DNA of 14,286 nt. Source: Deinococcota bacterium (GTDB lineage Bacteria > Deinococcota > Deinococci > Deinococcales > Thermaceae). How positions within the stretch are numbered: position 1 is the first letter of the stretch; each line of letters starts with the position of its first letter. The stretch lies in contig JBGFRI010000024.1 of assembly GCA_041695225.1 (NCBI GenBank), forward strand, positions 1 through 14,286, written 5' to 3'. This document shows, one piece after another, positions 9,636-14,286 of the stretch. A model generated the notes under the pieces. The model made no database searches, was not told the origin of the DNA, and worked only from the letters and a program-made list of their open reading frames with translations. The position numbers and the translations under genes are program-made.

Positions 9636-10115
9636 ATGAATGCCTTTGCCGACTGGCTTTTTGTAGTAGTTTGGGCGGCGGCGCTTATTGCGACTATTAT
9701 CCCGGTGGTGCCGGCCGGTTTCATCATTGTTGGAACGGCATTGCTGCACCAGGCCCTGGCGGGTTTTGGCGAGATTACCTGGCCCATCTGGATCGTTCTG
9801 GCCGTTCTGACTGTACTTTCATCCCTGGTGGACAATATCGCCGGCGCCCTGGGGGCCAGGCGCTTTGGTGGTAGCCGAGAAGGCGTCTGGGGGGCATTTA
9901 TTGGGGGCATTCTGGGCATTTTTGTCCTCCCCCCTTTAGGATTATTTTTTATGCCCCTGGTGGGGGCTTATGTGGGAGAGCTGGTAGCGGGGCGCTCGCC
10001 TCAACTGGCCCTGCGCGGGGCCTGGGGGGCTGTGCTGGGTTTGCTGGGAGGGTTAGCAGGCAAATTTCTAATTCATCTGATAATGGGTATTCTGGTGATT
10101 CAGGCCATCTTTTAG
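9636..10115 (+). CDS. DUF456 family membrane protein
   Basis: 159 aa from ATG 9636. Hydrophobic, with IIPVVPA, D.IAGALGARRFGGSREGVWGAFIGGILG and PLVGAYVGEL motifs; TAGACT -10 box 7 nt upstream. Confidence 0.88.
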   Translation: MNAFADWLFVVVWAAALIATIIPVVPAGFIIVGTALLHQALAGFGEITWPIWIVLAVLTVLSSLVDNIAGALGARRFGGSREGVWGAFIGGILGIFVLPPLGLFFMPLVGAYVGELVAGRSPQLALRGAWGAVLGLLGGLAGKFLIHLIMGILVIQAIF

Positions 10116-10117
10116 GG

Positions 10118-10168
10118 GATGTCACAAGTCTCAAGTCTCGGGTCTAAAGCCTTTTGTCTTGCGACATC
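10118..10168. repeat. Short element with terminal inverted repeats and internal heptamers (MITE/REP-like)
   Basis: GATGTCACAAG (10118-10128) and CTTGCGACATC (10158-10168) form a 10/11 inverted match; internal caagtct caagtct cgggtct. Confidence 0.75.
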
Positions 10169-10304
10169 TTTTCACCTGCGGCCTGCTTTAGGGCTTCCAC
10201 AAAGCGGCTCATGGGAAGCACGGGCAACTCCGCTAGCCCTAACCGCCGCGCAAGCTGGCTTTTCCAAGCCTTTTTATGCAACACGGGCTATACTGAGACT
10301 TTAG

Positions 10305-10526
10305 ATGGAGTATGTGCTCATCAGCCGGAAGGGTTGCCACCTCTGCGAGGAGGCGGAGGCTATACTAGCAGCAGAGGGAATCGTGTACAGGTGGCGAGAT
10401 GTAGATACTGACCAGAACTTAAAAACGCTCTTTACCTTTCGGGTTCCTGTACTTATGAAAGATGGCAGGGTGTTGCTAGAGGGCAAGTTTACCCCCGAGC
10501 GCCTATCCAGAAAACTATCGGTTTAG
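10305..10526 (+). CDS. Glutaredoxin-like protein (DUF836 type)
   Basis: 73 aa; [11 protein letters not shown]xxC motif, DVD..., RVPVL cis-Pro motif; TATACT at 10289-10294 upstream. Confidence 0.88.
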   Translation: MEYVLISRKGCHLCEEAEAILAAEGIVYRWRDVDTDQNLKTLFTFRVPVLMKDGRVLLEGKFTPERLSRKLSV

Positions 10527-10540
10527 CCGGAGGCTTTAAT

Positions 10541-11470
10541 ATGGATCCAGTCCTGATCGAAATCGGTACGCTGCAAATACGGTGGTATGGGCTTTTTCTG
10601 GTACTGAGCATTTTCGCTGCTTTTGAGATTGCCAAACGAATTCTGGGGGGCTGGGGCTACGATCCCGAGCGGTTCGAGCAGGTTGCTTTCTGGGCAGTAA
10701 TCTGGGGGGTAATTGGGGCCAGGGTTGGCTATGTAATTACCAGCCCCGGCGACTTTGCCGCCAATCCAGTCTCGGCCCTGTACATCTGGCAGGGTGGGCT
10801 TTCCTTCCACGGGGCCATAGTTGGGGGATTGATCCCGTTTGTCTACCACTACTACCGGAGCAAAATCCCGGTCTGGGCCTATCTCGACGCCACCGTGCCA
10901 GGCATCGCCCTGGGTGTGGCCGCTGGCCGGCTAGGGAACATCATGAACGGCTCTGACACGGTAGGACGCCTGACCGACTGGCCTATCGGTTACACCTGGC
11001 CGACCTGGGCGGTGGGCTTTCCGGGACTCTGCCCCGGCATCTCCGACATCACCCATTTGGCTCTTTGTGCTCCGGAGACTATTATGCGCGGCCCGGTACA
11101 CTTTACCCAGTTATACGGGGTAGTGATTGGTTTAGTGCTTCTGCTTTTGGCGGTCTACTGGCTGAGGCAGAACCGGGCCTATGGCTATGTCTTCTGGCAG
11201 TTTGTGCTGTGGTACAGCGTTTTGCGCTCGGTGTTCGAGGAAACCTTCCGCCTTAACCCGCTCTGGATTCCCGTCTATCTAAACGAGCAGGCCGGTATTG
11301 GCCTGTTTACCGCTACCCAGATTGTCTCAGTCCCGCTGATTATTCTGGCCGTGCTAATGCTGTTGCGCTGGAAAGGGGGTCGCGAGAGTCCTCCCAATGC
11401 TGCTGTAGCGGTTCCGGTGGGCCCGGCCCCCAGATCTGGCTCGGCCAGAAAGAACAACAAACGCCCATAG
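10541..11470 (+). CDS. lgt: Prolipoprotein diacylglyceryl transferase
   Basis: 309 aa with [44 protein letters not shown] motifs; multiple TM segments. Confidence 0.96.
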   Translation: MDPVLIEIGTLQIRWYGLFLVLSIFAAFEIAKRILGGWGYDPERFEQVAFWAVIWGVIGARVGYVITSPGDFAANPVSALYIWQGGLSFHGAIVGGLIPFVYHYYRSKIPVWAYLDATVPGIALGVAAGRLGNIMNGSDTVGRLTDWPIGYTWPTWAVGFPGLCPGISDITHLALCAPETIMRGPVHFTQLYGVVIGLVLLLLAVYWLRQNRAYGYVFWQFVLWYSVLRSVFEETFRLNPLWIPVYLNEQAGIGLFTATQIVSVPLIILAVLMLLRWKGGRESPPNAAVAVPVGPAPRSGSARKNNKRP

Positions 11471-11491
11471 GCCATACAATTGGAAACAGAT

Positions 11492-12919
11492 ATGAGACAT
11501 GCGGTGGTTATTCTGGCGGCGGGAATGGGAACCCGCATGAAATCCAAACTGCCCAAGGTCTTACACCCCTTGCTGGGAAAGCCTTTGCTGGGATACTGCA
11601 TCGAGACTGCCTTTGCCAGCGGGGCCGACCGGGTGGTGGTGGTGATCGGACACGGAGCTGAGCTAGTGCGCACAACCTTTGGCAGCCAGTCACACCTGAG
11701 CTTTGTGGAACAGGAGCAGCAACTCGGCACGGCCCATGCCCTGGCCCAGGCCCGTACTGCCCTAAAGGGTCATCCTGGCCCAATCGTGGTAACCCAGGGC
11801 GACACCCCTCTTACTCGAGTCGAGACCCTTGGCGGGTTGGTGCAGGCCATGCGGGAGAGCGGAGCCGGAATGGCCATGCTCACCATGACACTTGACGACC
11901 CCACAGGCTACGGGAGGATCGTGCGTGACAGCAGCGGAGAAATCCTGCGCAATATAGAGCACAAGGATGCCACGCCAGAGGAGCGCGCCATACGTGAAAT
12001 CAACCCGGGGGTGTATTGTTTTGACTTTAGCCTGTGGGAAAAGCTCAGGCTGGTAGATAACCAGAACGCAGCCCAGGAGTATTACCTGCCCGATCTGATC
12101 AGAATTTATCGTGAGGCGGGTCAGAAGGTGGTCTCTATCCAGTCCGGGGATACGGGTGAGCTGCTAGGAGTAAACTCGCGCGCCCAGCTAGCCGAGGTAG
12201 AGCGGGTATTGCTTCAACGCTTGCGTAACCACTGGATGAGCCAGGGGGTTCGGCTAATCCAGCCCGAGACCATTTATCTTGAACCGGGAGTAGAGCTAGC
12301 CCCGGACGTAACATTGTGGCCGGGAGTGATTTTGCGGGGAAAAACCAGGCTGGGCGAGGGGGTGGAGGTAGGGGCCTATTCGGCCTTGAGCGATACCACC
12401 GTGGAACCGGGCGGCCGGATCAAGTCTCACACGGTCTGCGATGAAGCCTACATCGCCAGCCAGGCCGAGGCCGGGCCGTTTGCCCGCCTGCGCCCCCAGA
12501 CTAACCTGGAAGAAGGGGCACACGTGGGCAATTTTGTCGAACTCAAAAACACCCGCCTGGGCAAGCGAGCCAAAGCCGGGCATCTGGCTTATCTGGGCGA
12601 CGCCGAGGTGGGAGAGGAGTCCAATATTGGGGCCGGGGTGATCACCGCCAACTACGACGGCCTGCAAAAGCACCGAACCCACATTGGAAAGCGGGTTTTT
12701 GTGGGTTCCAACAGTGTTTTGATCGCCCCCGTAACTCTGGCCGACGGCTCGTTTGTTGCCGGGGGTAGCGGCATCAACCAGGACGTGCCCGAGGATGCCC
12801 TGGCCATTGCCAGGCAGCGCCAGCGTAACATTGAGGGCTACATGAAGCGCAGGCGGAATGGCAGGCAGCAGGAGAGTGGCCAGGAACAAGGTGATGAGAC
12901 TGCTCAGGCGAAGCCATAG
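11492..12919 (+). CDS. glmU: Bifunctional UDP-N-acetylglucosamine pyrophosphorylase / glucosamine-1-phosphate N-acetyltransferase
   Basis: ILAAGMGTRMKSKLPKVLH, QLGTAHA, DPTGYGRIVR, EYYLPD, GPFARLRP, GNFVELK, HLAYLGDA, NIGAGVITANYDG, hexapeptide repeats. ATG 11492 preferred over TTG 11480. Confidence 0.98.
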   Translation: MRHAVVILAAGMGTRMKSKLPKVLHPLLGKPLLGYCIETAFASGADRVVVVIGHGAELVRTTFGSQSHLSFVEQEQQLGTAHALAQARTALKGHPGPIVVTQGDTPLTRVETLGGLVQAMRESGAGMAMLTMTLDDPTGYGRIVRDSSGEILRNIEHKDATPEERAIREINPGVYCFDFSLWEKLRLVDNQNAAQEYYLPDLIRIYREAGQKVVSIQSGDTGELLGVNSRAQLAEVERVLLQRLRNHWMSQGVRLIQPETIYLEPGVELAPDVTLWPGVILRGKTRLGEGVEVGAYSALSDTTVEPGGRIKSHTVCDEAYIASQAEAGPFARLRPQTNLEEGAHVGNFVELKNTRLGKRAKAGHLAYLGDAEVGEESNIGAGVITANYDGLQKHRTHIGKRVFVGSNSVLIAPVTLADGSFVAGGSGINQDVPEDALAIARQRQRNIEGYMKRRRNGRQQESGQEQGDETAQAKP

Positions 12920-12992
12920 TGTACTGTTACCCGGTAACAAGGCTCTCAGATGGTCTTGAACTAACGAGGTAGAATGTAGCTGGGAGACCGGT

Positions 12993-13247
12993 ATGAACCT
13001 GGGAATGACCGAAATACTGATAATTCTGCTGATCGCGCTGCTACTGTTTGGCCCGCGCAAGCTGCCCGAACTGGGGCGCAGCCTGGGCCAGAGTATCCGC
13101 GAGTTCCAGCGGGGAGCCAAAAATATCCGCGAGGAGTTTGAAAAGTCCGCCAATGTCACAGAGTTCCGGGAGATTAAAGAGGAGCTCAGCAAGCCTCTGG
13201 AAGAGCTCAAGAAACCTTTAGAGGTCAAGGAAGAGAGCAAGCTCTGA
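12993..13247 (+). CDS. tatA: Twin-arginine translocase TatA/TatE subunit
   Basis: 84 aa; MNLGMTEILIILLIALLLFGPRKLPELGRSLGQSIREF; GGGAG SD and TAGAAT (12970-12975) upstream. Confidence 0.96.
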   Translation: MNLGMTEILIILLIALLLFGPRKLPELGRSLGQSIREFQRGAKNIREEFEKSANVTEFREIKEELSKPLEELKKPLEVKEESKL

Positions 13248-13258
13248 AGGGGTAGAAG

Positions 13259-14011
13259 ATGCGTGAAGCCCCACTGATGGAACACCTGGAGGAGCTGCGA
13301 AGCCGCCTGATCTGGGCTATCGCGGCCTGGGGAGTTTTTACCGCGGTAGCTTTTACCTTTCGGGTACAGATTCTCGAGGCGCTGCGCCGCCCCCTGGATG
13401 CCTATAACGCTACCGCCGAGGTAAAGGCAGAGTTAATTGTCCTCAACATAACCGAACCCTTCCTGGTTGCTTTCAAGGTAGCGGCCTTTGGAGGACTGGC
13501 GCTGGCCCTGCCTTTTATTGTCTATCAGGTCTGGGCCTTTATTGCTCCCGGCCTGTTCGCCAGCGAACGGCGACTGGCAGTGCCCTTCATCCTTGGTGCG
13601 GGGTTTAGCTTCGCCCTGGGGGCAGCATTCGCCTATTTTGTGCTTCTGCCCTTTGCGGTACCATTTTTGCTGGGCTTTTTGGGCGATGCAGTCACGCCGC
13701 AAATCTCGATTGGCATGTACATTGGCCAGATCCTGACCTTCATGGGCCTGATGGGGATCATGTTCGAGATGCCGGTGGTAAGCTTTCTGCTGGCCCGTCT
13801 GGGGCTCTTGACCAGTCGCTTCCTTATCAACAACTGGCGTATGGCCGTGGTGGTACTCCTTACCCTGGCTGCACTCATTACCCCCACGGTGGATGTGGTA
13901 AACCTTAGCCTGGTCTCGGTCCCCCTAATTGTGCTTTATGGCTTTTCGATCCTGCTGGTCAAGTGGGCGGAGCGGGTGCGCCCTAAAGAGGTTGAGCCCA
14001 GCACGGCCTGA
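13259..14011 (+). CDS. tatC: Twin-arginine translocase TatC subunit
   Basis: 250 aa; PLMEHLEELRSRLI, TEPF, YQVWAFIAPGL...ER, FEMPV, ALITPT.D; six TM segments; directly follows tatA. Confidence 0.98.
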   Translation: MREAPLMEHLEELRSRLIWAIAAWGVFTAVAFTFRVQILEALRRPLDAYNATAEVKAELIVLNITEPFLVAFKVAAFGGLALALPFIVYQVWAFIAPGLFASERRLAVPFILGAGFSFALGAAFAYFVLLPFAVPFLLGFLGDAVTPQISIGMYIGQILTFMGLMGIMFEMPVVSFLLARLGLLTSRFLINNWRMAVVVLLTLAALITPTVDVVNLSLVSVPLIVLYGFSILLVKWAERVRPKEVEPSTA

Positions 14012-14023
14012 ATCTGACAACCT

Positions 14024-14178
14024 TGGCCGATAGCTGATAGCCTATAAAAGATGTCGCAGGTCACAAGTCGCATGACGCGAGACCTGAGACATCTCATTAG
14101 CCCATAGCCAATAGCTGATAGCCGATAGCTTTTGACCCTCGACACTCGACACTCTTTAGACCTTCGACCTTGTATCTT
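14024..14178. repeat. Composite/nested heptamer repeat region downstream of tatC
   Basis: TAGCYNA-class array (14024-14044 and 14098-14132) interrupted by an inverted-repeat-bounded unit (14049-14094), followed by cgacact x2, ttagacc and ttcgacc units. Confidence 0.85.
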
Positions 14179-14218
14179 GAAATAGGGACACCGCACGGCA
14201 GACCGATTGACCCAAGGT

Positions 14219-14284
14219 CTACCAGACCGTGTCGAAGCGTGGGTCGCCGTGCGGGAGTCTCCAGCCAGAGTCCGAACGGTTGTC
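14219..14284 (-). CDS. Possible 3' end of a minus-strand gene entering from the right edge
   Basis: One minus frame reads DNRSDSGWRLPHGDPRFDTVW* with TAG at 14219-14221; too short to verify. Confidence 0.25.
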   Translation of the reverse strand, partial: DNRSDSGWRLPHGDPRFDTVW

Positions 14285-14286
14285 AG

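Noticed and set aside
12296..13285. 329-aa antisense ORF
   Set aside because: Shadow of glmU and tatA, which are unambiguous on the plus strand.
13936..14196. 86-aa minus-strand ORF with repeated YRLSAIG
   Set aside because: The peptide repeats are a translation artefact of the heptamer DNA arrays, and it overlaps the tatC end.

Overview
GC-rich bacterial chromosomal segment, most likely from a Meiothermus-like member of Deinococcota/Thermales. This is inferred from the tmRNA tag, the Lgt signature, gene style and -10 boxes directly in front of start codons. It is mostly housekeeping. In order: 5' half of tmRNA (ssrA, minus strand, running off the left edge), a BatA/vWA membrane protein, a cysteine-less HMA-like protein, aconitase A, a CopG/RHH regulator plus a two-domain SppA protease (this pair looks compositionally foreign), a secreted hypothetical protein (minus), a small interrupted ORF missed by the ORF track, DUF456, a glutaredoxin-like protein, lgt, glmU, tatA and tatC. 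The most unusual signals are non-coding: (1) a family of heptamer-tandem intergenic elements with a shared GATGTCNCA(A/G)G terminal motif at five sites, one nested inside another and one supplying the sppA stop codon; (2) an 11-bp-periodic operator-like array before the CopG gene; (3) a small gene split by a structured 41-bp segment. I see no CRISPR array, transposase, integrase or defence system, and cannot claim a new multi-gene system from this window alone.
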